A stretch of 64,000 nt of DNA from the human T2T-CHM13v2.0 reference genome, Homo sapiens, in NCBI GenBank assembly GCA_009914755.4, contig CP068257.2:20448001-20512000 (forward strand). Direction: 5' to 3'. How positions within the stretch are numbered: the first letter of the stretch is position 1; each line of letters begins with the position of its first letter. The notes beneath the pieces were generated by a model, which did no database searches, was not told where the DNA came from, and saw only the letters and a program-made list of their open reading frames with translations. Made by a program: the position numbers and the translations under genes. Positions 12,096 through 26,099 of the stretch are shown here, piece after piece.

Positions 12096-13548
12096 GACAC
12101 ACTTAACTGTAATGCCGTTAGCACACGGAGCCTTAGATAAGCTTGGTTATCAAGAACCCAGACATTTCATGGATAAGGTTCAGTTTTAATCTACTAGGGA
12201 AGCCACTATTTAGTTGCTCAGAAGTGAGCTCAGCAGAAGTGTTTGGTGCATGAAATTGGAATCTAGAATCAAAGAGAATAAGAGGGATGATAGATATTTG
12301 TTATAGCCTTGGTAGCAACTAAAGCAGCAGAGACTCCAGATCCTCACATTAATGTTCCTTTTACTACATTTCACAGAAATTGTGAACAGTAATGTTATTA
12401 ATAAACAAGTTAAACTAAGCATTGTAGGGGAGGAAATGTAAGGATGTCTTGGACCCCAGTCAGAGCCGCTTCACTGAGCTGTCGTGCCCATTCTCTGCTT
12501 GCTTTGATTGCTGGCTGCTAGTGGCACACAGTTGTCTCTATTAGGTTATTGCCCTCACTTAAATAAGAGGTGTTTCATCTGGGAAGTTTTGGCTCCCAGG
12601 GCAGCCAGTCATCCAGTGTCCCTCTGACTGGCACAGAGGTACAAAGGCTGGTGGTGTGCCCTCAAAGAAGCTCCAACATTATGGTGCCACTCATGCTCCA
12701 ATTGCCCTATGAAACTGGGCCACTTCTTGTCTCTAATTAAGATCTCATTCTTTCTTCATTGTCTAGCCAGTCAATTTCTCTATTCCGCTTCTAAGAATGC
12801 TACCTTAAGAATTGCCTTTACAAGAATTCCTCTCTTAGGCTTTCCTTGCAAGGTACCTAACCTGAGTCAATATTCCTATTCCTAAATCATCTCAGATCCC
12901 CTGAGATGCTGGATATCCGAAATTGTCCAAGATCATATAAAGATATGAAAGAAAACTTATCTCAATATTCCAGTATTGGGGCAAAACATTTTGCCCTCAA
13001 AGTTTAGAAATGTTGCCCAACTGTTTTTTGAAATTTATTTCTATAACAAAGACGTCTTACATTAATCTGACTTTTATTTCTCTATGCTTTTCTTTGATTC
13101 AAATTTGCCAGTGTCATCAAGGTATAGAAATTGCTGTTGTTTTTGTTTTGCACTGCTTTGCTTTTATTTTTCTTTGAATATGCATCTACCTTTCTACGTG
13201 CATTCATGAGAGTTTTTGCCTTTTTCCTAGTTCATAAGTATTTTTATTTTAGTTAGTGGAGAATTGGTGTTTATTTTCTAAAATCAACCAAGATTATCTA
13301 TTAATCCTATAATAAGTTATCATTAACTTTCCATTATATCATTACTTATTTCATTTGTGTTTATATGTTCCCTATCTTCTATAGCAAAAATAGTTCAAAG
13401 ATTTTTAAGTTATTACTCCTTCAATTTTATATAGCCTCTATCTTAATCTAAAATAATGTTTAATACATTTTAATTTTCATGACAGTAATTCTGTGTTCTA
13501 CCTATCTTACATAATTCATAGGTATTATATTTTTTAAAATGTAATTAT

Positions 13549-13873
<325 letters not shown>

Positions 13874-14895
13874 TTATTTTATAAGGAGAGGTAAAAATAG
13901 TGTGTTTTTCTTTACATCCTGGGTCTGTGCCAATCTAAGAAAAAAGTAGATACGTTCAGATGGAACTACAATATAAGCATTGACACTGAAAGTGGATTTG
14001 GTAAAGAACATTTAAAATCTGTGGCCAAAGTCCTTGCAAACTCTCCATCTCCAGCAATGCTTACAATACCAGTCTCAATACCAGGATATCACACCTAGGA
14101 AAGTGCACATTTTCAAGCTTCATGTATTTAGCTAGACTTGTTGTTAAACAGGGTAGAACAATAAAACAAGAACATGAATGATTCAGTTAACGCTTGCAAC
14201 TTATAGTAAATTACTTCTACCTAATCGAGAAGAGTTAAGAAATGGATGCCATTCACCAACATGATGAACAGGCACAGCAAAAAGGTGGCAATGTTCCTCA
14301 AGATGTAATCCCTCCACAGGGAAAGTGGAGTTTATGTAAATGAAAATCTCTTGCAGCAATCTTCCTTTATTCATTAATATTGACAAGAAATTTCTAAAAC
14401 TGTCTCTGAAATATTGTGTATATCATGTCTAGACATAATAATTTTAACTTTTCCTTTTTTATAGTTTTTTTCCACTGAGAAGGCCCATGTTTGAAAATTT
14501 TCATATATTTATCTCTGAAAGAAGTTAATTTTACAAGATTCATCATCTAGAAATATATATTCTCTTGTTACAATTTCTGCTTACTTCTCTGGTTTATTAT
14601 GAAACTTGAAAACATAAGTGCATAAACAATCTCCAATGTGCACCACCTGTGGAATTATTCCCTTCCCTAAAATACTTCTTTTTCCCCAAAGTCAGTTTCA
14701 CTGGTCAAGACTATGCATTTCTACTCTCATTCTTCACAATATACCTCTTTGCACTGTATTTTCAGGAAATTGTGCTCTTTGGATTAATGTAGAAAGAAAA
14801 CATGCTAATAACATTAGGAATGCCTCAAAAAGTATAACTATACTCTCCCCATTTTTCTGAAAACATTTGTTTCTTACTCTTTGTAGTGGGTGTTA

Positions 14896-15499
<604 letters not shown>

Positions 15500-15569
15500 T
15501 AGGTTGATTTTTATATTTCTGTTTAAATTATTATGTTTTTTAAATTGGAAAAAAAATGAATCTTAAATA

Positions 15570-15612
15570 CATACATATATATATATATATATATATTTTT
15601 TTTTTTTTAAAG
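15570..15612. repeat. (TA)n microsatellite followed by a T13 run
   Basis: atacatacatatatatatatatatatatattttttttttttt. Confidence 0.8.
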
Positions 15613-15714
15613 ACTCTTCTATGACCACAGAGTCAAGTATAAATCCAGGACTCTGATTGAGGCAATCAAATCCACAGATCTGATTTTAGAAAGCTATGTT
15701 TTAAAATGCCATGT

Positions 15715-15900
15715 TGTCATCTCTCTTTTCTCTTGTGCTCTCTCATTCTGTCTCTCTCTTTCTCCCATCCACAATTCTATCTTTTGCCTTCCCACTTACC
15801 AACCTATCTATATATTTCGTATCTATCCTTCTATCCATCCAATCAACTGATATATCTATCTTTTATATATGTGTACTTTTTTTCTTGTTTCATACTCAAC
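15715..15900. repeat. CT-rich / (TCTA/ATCC)-like low-complexity tract
   Basis: tctctcttttctcttgtgctctctcattctgtctctctctttctccc...ctatctatatatttcgtatctatccttctatccatcc. Confidence 0.5.
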
Positions 15901-16589
15901 TGATGAAATTGATGGAATAGTTGAGCAATGTAAGTGAAATAATATATTGTCACACACATTTATTGAATGGATATTGTGTTGTGAGAATTATAAGGGTATC
16001 AAAAAAGCCATACACAAAATCTAGAACAGTTGCCTGTGTTTAGAAAAAAAATACATTTCCTAGTAAGTGATCATTTTAAAGAAACGTTTCACACACACCC
16101 AAGAGCAAACTTTCACCCATGCAATGTTTGCTGTATAAGCATATAAAAGTTACCTGTATAACAAATGTTTCCATCAAAGGAGAAGCTCTACCAGCACACT
16201 TGAAATATGATCTATAAAAGTGAAATATACAATACATAGTTATTATATTAGCACTCATAGGAATTAGCACTTATAGGAAGCAAATATACTACAAATTAGA
16301 GTAAATGAAATAAATGTCATCCAGCAAGTAACATCATAAACACTGGTCTGAATGATTTCATATGTCTGGTTAAAGTTTGTTTTCTTTGTGTTGGTTTTAA
16401 CTATAAATCCCAAAATAAATTTGCCTATTACTCACTGATTTTATGGAAATTGTAAGTTGCTTATTTAAGGACATTAAAAATACTCTTTAGCAGTACCCCC
16501 CTTTATTTTTTACTGTGAAGCTGTGTTAATTTCAGAGAAGTTAACATTACCAAAAAAACAACTATTTTAATTAATATAAACATTATTAT

Positions 16590-16690
16590 AGATATGCTAT
16601 ATATCTATATATGTGGTTGCATAATGTGTGTTTTATGTACATACAGATGTGTATATATTTATATACTATATATATATATATATAAAATGC
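16590..16690. repeat. TA-rich simple repeat
   Basis: atatgctatatatctatatatgtgg...tatatatttatatactatatatatatatatataaaatg. Confidence 0.6.
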
Positions 16691-18689
16691 TAACTCTAGC
16701 CTTATAAACCCTTTTAAATTTCAAATAAAAATCATAAGGTATGCCTGATGTCACTTTACATTTTAATTCAGAAAAAAATTATAAAATGAAAAGAAATCCC
16801 TAAAAGAGAAGGAATATCAAGAAGGACTCAATTGCTAAAGTAGGTCAAGGACAATTAAATTGCTTTCTTAATATGTCTGCTTATAATTTGATTATTTCTG
16901 TAAATTATATTTTTACAAAGTTCCTTTGAAAATATTGTTCTTTTGTTTTGATAAGCTTTTAAGACACATTCACACATTTTATTTCCTGTCAGCCATTTTC
17001 TTTCATCATAAAAGTCATTTTGTTAGGGTCTTGATTTAATTATAGACTCTATTCATTAGGGCAACTGACCAACTCAAGAATCCCTACTGCTTTATTCAAT
17101 AGAAGTAGTTCCTGGAGTTTTGTGTTTAATGCACTCCATTTTCCCTAGTTCATAAAGTGTGAAAACTTATATTTTATTCAGTATTTTTCTTGGCTCTCTG
17201 ATTGAATCAGTTTCCAAGGAATGAGACATATGTGTGAGTTATATCTCCTTTACAAATATTCTTTCTTGCAAGGAATTACTTTTTCATTGCCAATATGGGG
17301 ATTGGCTAGGCTAAGTACTCATATATGCCTATTGTGAAAACATGTTTTATTGAATGGCCTTAAATCTTTATGTTTCTTGTTATAAAAATCCGTAAGAAAA
17401 GAATATTGCAAAAGATTTAAAAATTTTTTTAAATGTGTATATTTGTAAGGTTAATTTACATATTAATTGTTGTCAGTAAAATTAATTGTTGTCAGTAAAA
17501 TAATCTTGACACCTAAAGGACTTTTTAATAAACACATTGACAGAGTTGTTTCTTCTGCTATGCAGCCTGTCTTCTGCACCATATTGATTTTAAGGTCCTT
17601 ACGTGTGGAATTTGTTTTGGACAATATTGGATAGAAGGCCCTCGAAGAGTATAATAGGGGTATGTGGTGGGGGAAAATTAGTATTTCACTTTTCTTAATA
17701 GCCATTGTTGAACCATGCACCCAAGCACTACAACAATGGTTCTGTATCCACAGCCCACAATGGGATTCAACCTATGAACTTTGTAGGGGAACAAAAAAGT
17801 TAAATCTTTATGTTCACTAATATATCTAACTGAAATTTAGTACATCTTAGATATATGCAAACAATACAAAGTAGTATTAGAGTGCCTGGCCTATCTTGTT
17901 GCCAATTAAAATTTTGTATATTTTCATATCACATTACCTTGCTGCAGATATACTGAAATATGTTGACTGGAGAATAATTCTCTGGGTGACCTTAGACCAA
18001 CCCGTTTCTCCCCATTTTCTCACTTAGAGTTCTCAAGAATGATTGCAGAATGTGTTGTGAATGCAATGTCCTGAGATAAGAAAGAACTATCTGGAACAGC
18101 CTGGTCTCTTTCCCAGTCCTTCCCTAGAAACAGAATGTCCTTCAATGCTTTAACCCAGTGATCCATGGAACTCTGTGGTTATAAAACCCATTATGTGCTG
18201 GTTTCCAGGGCCTCTTAGCCATGGTGCAATTAAGGTATGCACAGATAAGACTCTGTCTACCCTGGGCAGCTTTCCTGATCCATGGCAGTCTGGCTTACAA
18301 GCAATACTAGGCTTCTATTGTCTCTTTCTGTATATTTGTAAGTAATAAATCTACTTCATATAACTCATTATGTATAGGTGTTCTATCTCATCAAACAAAA
18401 GCAAGTTGGGAACCAGTGCAGAGTGAACCTGCTTCACATTTAAAATCAAAGCTACCACAATATTTTGCTACTTATTAGTCCAGCCTTAAGACTTCATCAT
18501 TTGATGTGTCAGTATGATCACATACATAACTGAATTTTATAATCTCTATAGTTTGACTAATATGTTTCAAAATAATTAAATTTATTTGTAATCCTAAGTA
18601 TTTTATTTTATAAATGTATAAAAATTACAGTGAGCACACAGGAAACAAAGGCAAAAATAGGCCAATGAGGCCTCATCAAACTTAAAAGT

Positions 18690-19440
18690 TTTCATTTGTC
18701 AAAGGATATCACGAACAGAGTAAAAAGAGAGCCCATGAAATGGGAGAAAATATTTGTAAATCACATAGCTGATAAGAGGTTAATATCTAGCATATATAAA
18801 GAACTCCTACAATTCAAGAACAAAAGTTCAAGTAACCCAATTAAAAGTAGGTTAAAAACTTGAATAAACATTTCTCCAAAGATGATATGCAAAGTCCAGC
18901 AAACATGAAAAGATGCTCAGTATCACTAATCATCAGAGAAATTCATTTTTCTGTGAGATATCACCACACATCCATTGGGATAGAAACCATAAAAAACAAA
19001 CAAAACCAGAAAGTAACAAATGTGTTAGCAGGGATATGGACAAGTTGAAACCCTTGTGCATTGTTGGTTGGATTGTAAAATGGTGCAACCTTTATGGAGA
19101 ACAATACTGACTTCCTTCAAAAAATTACAAATACCAATATCATACGATAATCAGCGATCACACTTCTGGGTATTTACCCCCCAAAAAGTGAGGTTCTCAA
19201 AGAGATCTTTGCATATGCATGTTCATAGCAACACTATTTACAGTGTAGATATAGAAAGCATAATAGTTGTTACCAGGGGCTGGGAACAGGGGGAAAGGAA
19301 CTTTGTTGTTTAATCCATACAGAGTTTCAATTCTGCATGATAAAAACATTTTGGAGATCTTAACACTGCTAAACTATACCCTTAAAAGTGGAAAATTGTA
19401 TGATATGTATGTTTTACTTCAGTAAAAATCATATACTGAG
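18690..19440 (+). mobile_element. Old L1 (L1M-type) 3' end: ORF2 C-terminus plus 3'UTR
   Basis: Plus-strand ORFs 18860-19048, 18913-19110 and 19056-19313 read ...KRCSVSLIIREIHF.VRYHHTSIGIETIK, WDRNHKKQTKPESNKC, HCWLDCKMVQPLWRTI, which are cognate to L1 ORF2p ...[61 protein letters not shown]. The 3'UTR-like tail includes gttaccaggggctgggaacagggggaa. Confidence 0.7.
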
Positions 19441-20749
19441 AACAAGCCTGTAAGCTTCACTGGATTTTCCCAGTCTTTGGTGTGAAAAGGGTTACAAATC
19501 CCTACACTAGAGGAATATTGGACAAGCCTGATTTGCCCCTTCATACTGATTCTTTCAGAACAAGTTTATTAATTTTTAATCTTCTGAGATGAATCATCAT
19601 ACAATTCCTCAGTTTATGAAAGTATCTCTGCACAGCCTAGCATTTTGAAAGGAAAATAAAATAATAAATAATGTTCCTACCCAACACTTACCTGAATTTA
19701 GTTGAGACTGCCATGTGTACATGTTTGAAAAAGATTTGGGAATAATCAGCAAGAAAACCCTCTCTCTCCTTCCTCAAAAATTATCTACAACTCCTAGTAT
19801 TTTCTTCATAATTTCCAGATTTACATAAAAATTATGAAAATCTAGTTAACTAACATTTAAAGGAGAATAAGATTTTATCTTATAGACAGTAAGTGCCAGA
19901 TATGGAGATAAATGATCTGATTATCTTACTAGAATTGAATTTTTGCGGCTGAGTTTTTGAATAAACCAAGACTTATAATATTCCTGTACCCTATAAAGCA
20001 CATTGACTACTGATTCTTTCCTGCTTCTGAAAAAGGCACAAATTGAGAGGGAAGTTTATATGTTCCATCTCAGATACAAGCAATAACTTTCCATATAAGG
20101 GAGACTGATGGTAATTATCTCCACATCCCTATAGTACTATTATTAATGATAATGGTGACTCAAATTGGAAGCCCTTTGAATATAAGTAAGTGGTTGTAAA
20201 AACTGAAATTTCAACCTGATGAATTCACATGTAATCACTTAAACTTACAGAACTTTCCAAAAGGATGGAACTGGCAATTGCAGTGAATTTATTCAATTGG
20301 ATTTGGCCTTTTGATTTTATGTTTGAGAGCTAAGTTTGTATAGAAGTGTTCATTAAAAGAAAAAGTTACAGAATCATATACTTGAGACATTTTTGGAAAA
20401 ATAATATATAAGCATAAGTTGTCTTTTGCCTATTTATTAAAGCCATTCTAGTGTTTGAGAAGTGGTGTTTCTTGTTTTCATGTGCATTTTCATAGTGGAT
20501 AGTGATGTTGGGCATTTTTTATATGATTATTAGCCATATATAATTCTTCTTTGAAGAAAGAGCTATTCAAATCCACTATACTTTTTGATTTATTTTCTTT
20601 TACTTTTTTTTAATTGGGGATTTTCTATTCATGTTATGATTTGAAATCATTCAGGACTTTGTTTCTTTTGATGCTTATAATTCTTTAACCATTTCAGAAC
20701 TGACTGATGCATTTATAATGCTACAACAGAATCTTATTAGGTGACTGTA

Positions 20750-20900
20750 TTGTGTATAGGGTGGTCATAACAAAGTACCACAGACTGAGTAGTTTAAACA
20801 GCGGGAATTTATTGTCACAGTTCCAGAGGCTGCAAGTCTGAGATGAAGGTGTAGGGAGGGTTGGTTTCTTCTGAGGCCTCCCTTCTTGGCTTATAGGTGG
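20750..20900. repeat. Fragment of an ancient high-copy mammalian interspersed repeat; family name not recalled with certainty
   Basis: ataacaaagtaccacagactgagtagtttaaacagcgggaatttattgtcacagttccagaggctgcaagtctgagatgaaggtgtagggagggttggtttcttctgaggcctcccttcttggcttataggtggccatcttgtccctgtg is a sequence motif I recognise from many loci. Confidence 0.35.
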
Positions 20901-21054
20901 CCATCTTGTCCCTGTGATTTATTTTGTTAGTGATTGCTCTAGGAACAACAATATGAACTTCAAATTATAGCATTCAATTTAAGAATAATAGTAGCTTTAA
21001 TTCCTTAAACTATGGAGAATTTGCTTCAATATAGCTCCATTTCATCTTCCTCAA

Positions 21055-21450
21055 CTTTCGGCTATGATTGTCACACACAGGTATATCTCTGAGATATTGA
21101 GGCTTTGGTTGGACACCACTGCAATAAAGCTCTTATCACAATAAAGCATGTCACACCAAGTTTTTTGTTTCTTAGTGCATATCAAAGTTATTTTTACATT
21201 ATAATGTATTCTATTAACTATGCAAGCATTATGTCTGAAACAATCAATGTACATATCATAATTGAAAAATATTTTATTGCTAAAAAATCTCTTTGTGCAG
21301 ACACACAAAGTAAGCACATGCTGTTGGAAAATGGTGTTGATAGACTTGTTCTACACAAGTTTGCCATAAACTTTCAACTTGTGAAAAAAACAAAACACAA
21401 TATCTTTAAAACACAACAAAACAAAGCACAATATGAGTTATGCCTGTGCA
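21055..21450 (+). mobile_element. Internally deleted Tigger-type (Tc1/mariner pogo) DNA transposon copy, with the 5' terminal ~230 bp joined directly to the 3' terminal ~160 bp
   Basis: 21060-21290 resembles the Tigger 5' end (cagg.ata.ct..gagatattg.gg.tt.ggtt..a.acca..gcaataaagc...atc.caataaagc...tttggtttc.cagtgcatat.aaagttat.tttaca.tata.tgta.tctatta...gcaat.gcattatgtctaaaaaacaatgtacata...aattaaaaaatactttattgctaaaaaat). 21290-21445 resembles the Tigger 3' end (aagtgagcacatgctgttggaaaaatgg...gttgccacaaaccttcaatttgtaaaaaa.gcaatatct...gcaataaagc.aagcgcaataaaa.gaggtatgcctgt). Confidence 0.5.
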
Positions 21451-21799
21451 TTACATCTATATATGTTATAAACTTATTTTTAAAATAATTATTGTATACA
21501 ATTTTATTATTTATAAAGAACTTAAAAGAAGTATATGGACTTTTATATTTACCTAAATATTTGCATTTTTGGTGCTTTCTCTGTATTTGCATATACTTGT
21601 ATTATTACCTGGTGATATTTCCTTTCAGCCTAAAGTTCCCACTTTAATATTTCTGGTAAACAGCTCTGCCAGTGATAAATTATTTCTTTTTTCCTTATCT
21701 GAAAATGTCTTTATTCAATGTCTCTGGACTCAATTATATGATTTTTCTCCCCTCAGCTTTATTAATAAATAAAAATTGTATATATTTACCATACAAGTA

Positions 21800-21960
21800 T
21801 TCTAAATCCATTGTGGTCAGTTCAACAATGTTCACAGTATCTTCCCCAAGAGCAGATTTCACCTTAAGAAACCACTTTCTTTGCTTATCCATAAGAAACA
21901 ACTCTTCATTCGTTCAACTTTTATCATGAAATTGCAGCAATTCAGTCACATCTAGTTCTC
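21800..21960 (+). mobile_element. Tigger internal fragment
   Basis: caacaatgttcacagtatcttccccaagagcagatttcaccttaagaaaccactttctttgcttatccataagaaacaactcttcattcgttcaacttttatcatgaaattgcagcaattcagtcacatct matches the Tigger internal consensus as I remember it. Confidence 0.5.
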
Positions 21961-22039
21961 TTGCTTTTTCTCCTACATTTAGTACCCTTTAAGCCAGTTC
22001 TCTTCATCATCCCAGCTCTCACTCATCCTTTCCAATCTC

Positions 22040-24780
22040 TGTTAAGTATTTCTCCACTCTTAACCTCCATGTGATCAACTAGATTTTAGTTCCCACATAC
22101 TAGTGAGTACTTGCCATATTTGTATTTTTGTGCCTTGTTTATTTTACTAACGATAATGATCTCCAGATCCATCCGTGTTGCTGCAAATGACGATTTCATT
22201 TTTTTATGGCTGAAAAGTATTCCACTGTATATATACACCACATTTTATTCATCCATCCATTGACAAACATATAGGTTGATGCTATATCTTTGCTGTTGTG
22301 AATAGTGCAGCAATAAACATGTGAGTGCTGGTGTCCTTTGATATATTGCTTTATTTTCCTTTGGGTAGATATCCAATAGTGGGATTACTGGATTGAACAA
22401 TAATTTTATCTTTAGGTTTTTTGATAAATCTCCATGCTGTGTTCCACAGTGGCTGTACAAGTTTATATTTATGTGAACAGTGTATAAGCGTTTCTCTTTT
22501 TCCACATCCACACCAACATCTGTTATTGTTTTGCCTTTTTACAATAGTTATTCTGACTGGATTAATAACACATCTCATTATAATTTTGATTTGTGTTTCT
22601 TCATTGATGTTGAAAATTTTCTCATATACCTGCTGTCCATTTGTATGTATTCTTTTGAGAAATACCATTTCATGTCTTGTCTCCAATTTTTAATGAGATT
22701 ATTTATATTTTCCTGTTGAGTTGTTTGAATTCCTCATACATTCTGGATATTAGTCTCCCATTGGATGAATAGTTTGCAAATATTTCTTCCATTCAATAGG
22801 CTGTCACTTTACTCTGTTGATTGTTTCCTTTGCTGTGCAGAAGATTTTTGGCTTAAAATAGTTCCATTTGTCTATTTTGTTTTTGTTGCCTATGATTTTG
22901 GGGTCTGGGTCATAAATTCTTTCCTAGACCAAGGTCCATGATAGTTTGCACTAGGTTTTTTCTTCTAGTAGTTTTATAGTTTTTGGTCTTAAATGTAAGT
23001 TGTTTATCAATTTTGAATTGATTTTTGTGTACGGTAAGAGATAGGGGTCCAGTTTCATTCTTCTCCATGTGACTATCTAATTTTCTCATCACTGTTTATT
23101 AAAGAAGGGTTTATTTCTCCAATGTAAGTTTTTGTCAGCTTTGTCAAGATCAGTTGAGTGTAAATATATGACTTTATTTCTGGGTTCTTTATTCTTTTTA
23201 ATTGGTCTGTGCATCTTTTTACCAATACCATACTATGTTGATTACTATAGCTTTGTAATATATTATGAAGTCAGATAACGTGATGCCAGTTTTGATCTTT
23301 TTCTTAATATTGTTTTGGTTATTGGGGTCTTTTTGCTTCCATATAAATTTTAGAATTTTTTGTAATTCTGTGAAAAATTATGGTATTTTGATGGGGATTT
23401 TATTGAATCTGTAGATTGCTTTGGGCAGTATGGTCATCTTAATTATATTGATACTTCTTATCTATGAGCATGGGATATTTTTCTATTTGTGTCATCTTCA
23501 ATTTCATTCATCCGTTTTTGCAGTTTTCTTTGTGGAGATCTTTCACTTTCTTGGTTAAATTTATTTCTGGGTATTTTACTTTAGTGTAGTTGTTGTAAAT
23601 GGTACTGTCATCTTGATTTCTTTCTTAGCTATATTATTTATGTACAGAAATGCTACTGATTTTTGTAACTAGATTTTGAATCCTGAAACTTTACTGAAGT
23701 CGTTGATTAGGTTCAGGAGTCTTTTGGCAGAAACTTCAGGATTTTCTAGGTACAAAATTATATCATCAGTGAATAAAGATAATTGAACTTCCTTTCCTAT
23801 TTTTCCAATTTGTATGCATTTTATTTATTGCTCTTGCCAATTGTTTTGGCTAGGACTTAGTACTATGATGAATGGGAAAGGTGAAAGTTTGCATCTTTGT
23901 CTTGTTCCAGTTTTTAGCTGGAATGTTTTCATCTTTTTCTGTTCAGTATAATGTTGGTTGTGGGTTTGTTGTATATGACCTTTACTATTTTGAGGCATAT
24001 CCCTTCTGTGTCAAGTTTGTTGAGAGTTTTTGTTTTGAAAGGATGTCAAATTTTATTACATTATTTCTTTGTGTTTACTGAGATAATTATGTGGCTTTTG
24101 GCCTTCATTCTGTTGATGAGATATATCATATTTGTTGATTTGCATATATTGCACCATTCTTGCATCCTTGGTATAAATTCCACTTGATCATGGTGTATTA
24201 TCTTTTTGATGTGTTGTTGGACTCCATTTGATAGTATTTTGTTGATTTTTGTGTTAATGTTCATCAGGGATATTGGCCTATATTTTTCTTTTGTGTGTGT
24301 CCTTGTCTAGTTTTGGTATCAGGATGATACTGGCCTCAAAAACCATGACAGGAAGAAATACTTTTTATTCAGTTTTTGGAACAGTTTCAGGAGGATTGGT
24401 ATACCAGTTCTTTGTACATTTGGGTAGAATTCAGCTGTGAATCCACTTGCTCATGGGTCGTTTTTGTTGCAAGACTTTCTATTACTGATTCAACCTTGCT
24501 ACTTATTTTTGGCTTCTTCAGGTTTTCTATTTCTTTCTGATTCAATCTTGGTAGGTTGTATGTTTCCAGAAATTTACCCATTTCCTCTAGGTTTTTCAGT
24601 TTGTCAGCATATAGTTGTTCACAAAAGTCTCTGATGATCCTTTGTATGTCTGTGGCATCATTTGTAATATCTTCTTTTCATTTCTGATTTTGTTTATTTG
24701 GGTCTTCTGTCTTCATTTCTTGGTAGTCTAGCTATTGGTTCATCTCCCATCAGTTATCTTAACTAATTCATCAGATAATT
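22040..24780 (-). mobile_element. 5'-truncated L1 (L1PA/PB-like), ~2.7 kb of ORF2 plus 3'UTR, inserted into the Tigger element
   Basis: Minus-strand ORFs 22351-22686 (METRHEMVFLKRIHTNGQQVYEKIFNI...KRQNNNRCWCGCGKRETLIHCSHKYKLVQPLWNTAWRFIKKPKD.II.QSSNP..GYLPK), 24061-24264 ([29 protein letters not shown]) and 24387-24581 (MGKFLETYNLPRLNQKEIENLKKP) match L1 ORF2p. The 3'UTR is at 22040-22350. Confidence 0.8.
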
Positions 24781-25765
24781 TGCTGTAGCTTCTACATCAG
24801 CACTTGCTGTTTCATCTTGGGATTTTATGCTGTAGATACAACTGCTTTCCATGAACCTCACTGATCCACCTTTGCCAGCTTCACATTTTTCTTCCACATC
24901 TTCCTAACTTCTCTGAGCCTTCATAGAATTGAAGCAACTTAGTGCCTTGCTCTGGATTAGGCTTGGCTGAATGGAATGTTCTGGATGGTTTCCAGAATCA
25001 TTTATCCAGACCACTAAAGCATTTTTTACTATCAGTAATAAGACTATTTTATTTCCTTATTATTAGTGTGTTCACCGATGGAGCCCTTTTAATTTACTTC
25101 AAAAAATTTTCTTTCTATTCACAATTTGGCTAACTCTTTGGTATGTGATGCCTAAATGTTGTCCTTCCCAGCCTTCCTCGCCAAGCTTAATCATGTTTTC
25201 TTCACATGCTTTCTTCACTCAGTGTAATCATTTTTAGCTTTTAATTTAAAGTGAGAGACATGTGACTCTTGTTTTCACTTGAACACTTAGGAGCCATTGT
25301 AGGATTATTAATTGGCTTAAATTTAATATTGTATTTTTCTCAGGAAATAGGGAGAATTGAAGAGAGAAAGACAGATAAAGACACAACCAGGTGATGGAGC
25401 AGTCAGAACACATATAACATTTATTAATTAATTCACTACCTTACATGGCATGGTTTGTGGTGCCTTAAAACAATTAAATAGTAACATCAAAGATCACTGC
25501 TCACAGATTACTGTAACAGATATGATAATAACAAAAATGTTTGAAATATGGTGAGAATTACTAAAATGTGACAGAGACATGAAGTGAGCACATGCTGTTG
25601 GAACAATGGAGCTGATGGTCTTGTTATACACAGAATTGTCACAAACCTTCAATATGTAAAACACACAATATCTGAGAAGTGCAATAAAGCAAAGCACAAT
25701 AAAATGGGGAATACCTGTACAATGCTATGTTTTGATCTATGTATACACTGTAAAATGGTTAACAC
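24780..25765 (+). mobile_element. Tigger DNA transposon 3' portion (~1 kb), continuing the element that the L1 interrupts
   Basis: Long colinear match to the recalled Tigger consensus: agcttctacatcagcacttgctg...cttcatagaattgaag...cttgctctggattaggct...ctttaatttaaagtgagagac.tg.gactctt..tttcacttgaacacttag..gccattgtag..ttattaattggc.taa.tt.aatattgt...ggagcagtcagaacaca...aagatcactg.tcacagat.ac..taacagatat.ataataa..aaaa.tttgaaatat.g.gagaattac.aaaatgtgaca.agaca.gaagtgagcacatgctgttgg. Confidence 0.6.
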
Positions 25766-26099
25766 AATCAAGTGAATGGATGTATCTATCACTCTACATG
25801 TATCTTTGTGTGTGTGTATTGTGGGAACATTTAAGATCTAATTTGTTAGCAAATTTCAAATATACAATTCAGTGTTATTAACTATGGTCACCATTGCTAT
25901 ACATTAGATCTCCAGAACTTATTCATCCTGCCTAACTGAAACTTTGTGCTCTTTGACTCACATCTCAGCAATACTCCCACTCCCAGCCCCTGGCAACCAC
26001 CACTCTATTCTCTGCTTTTGTAAATTCAACTTTTTTAGATTCCACATATAAGTGAGATCATAACATATTTGTCTTTCTGTGACTGTCTTATTTCACTTA

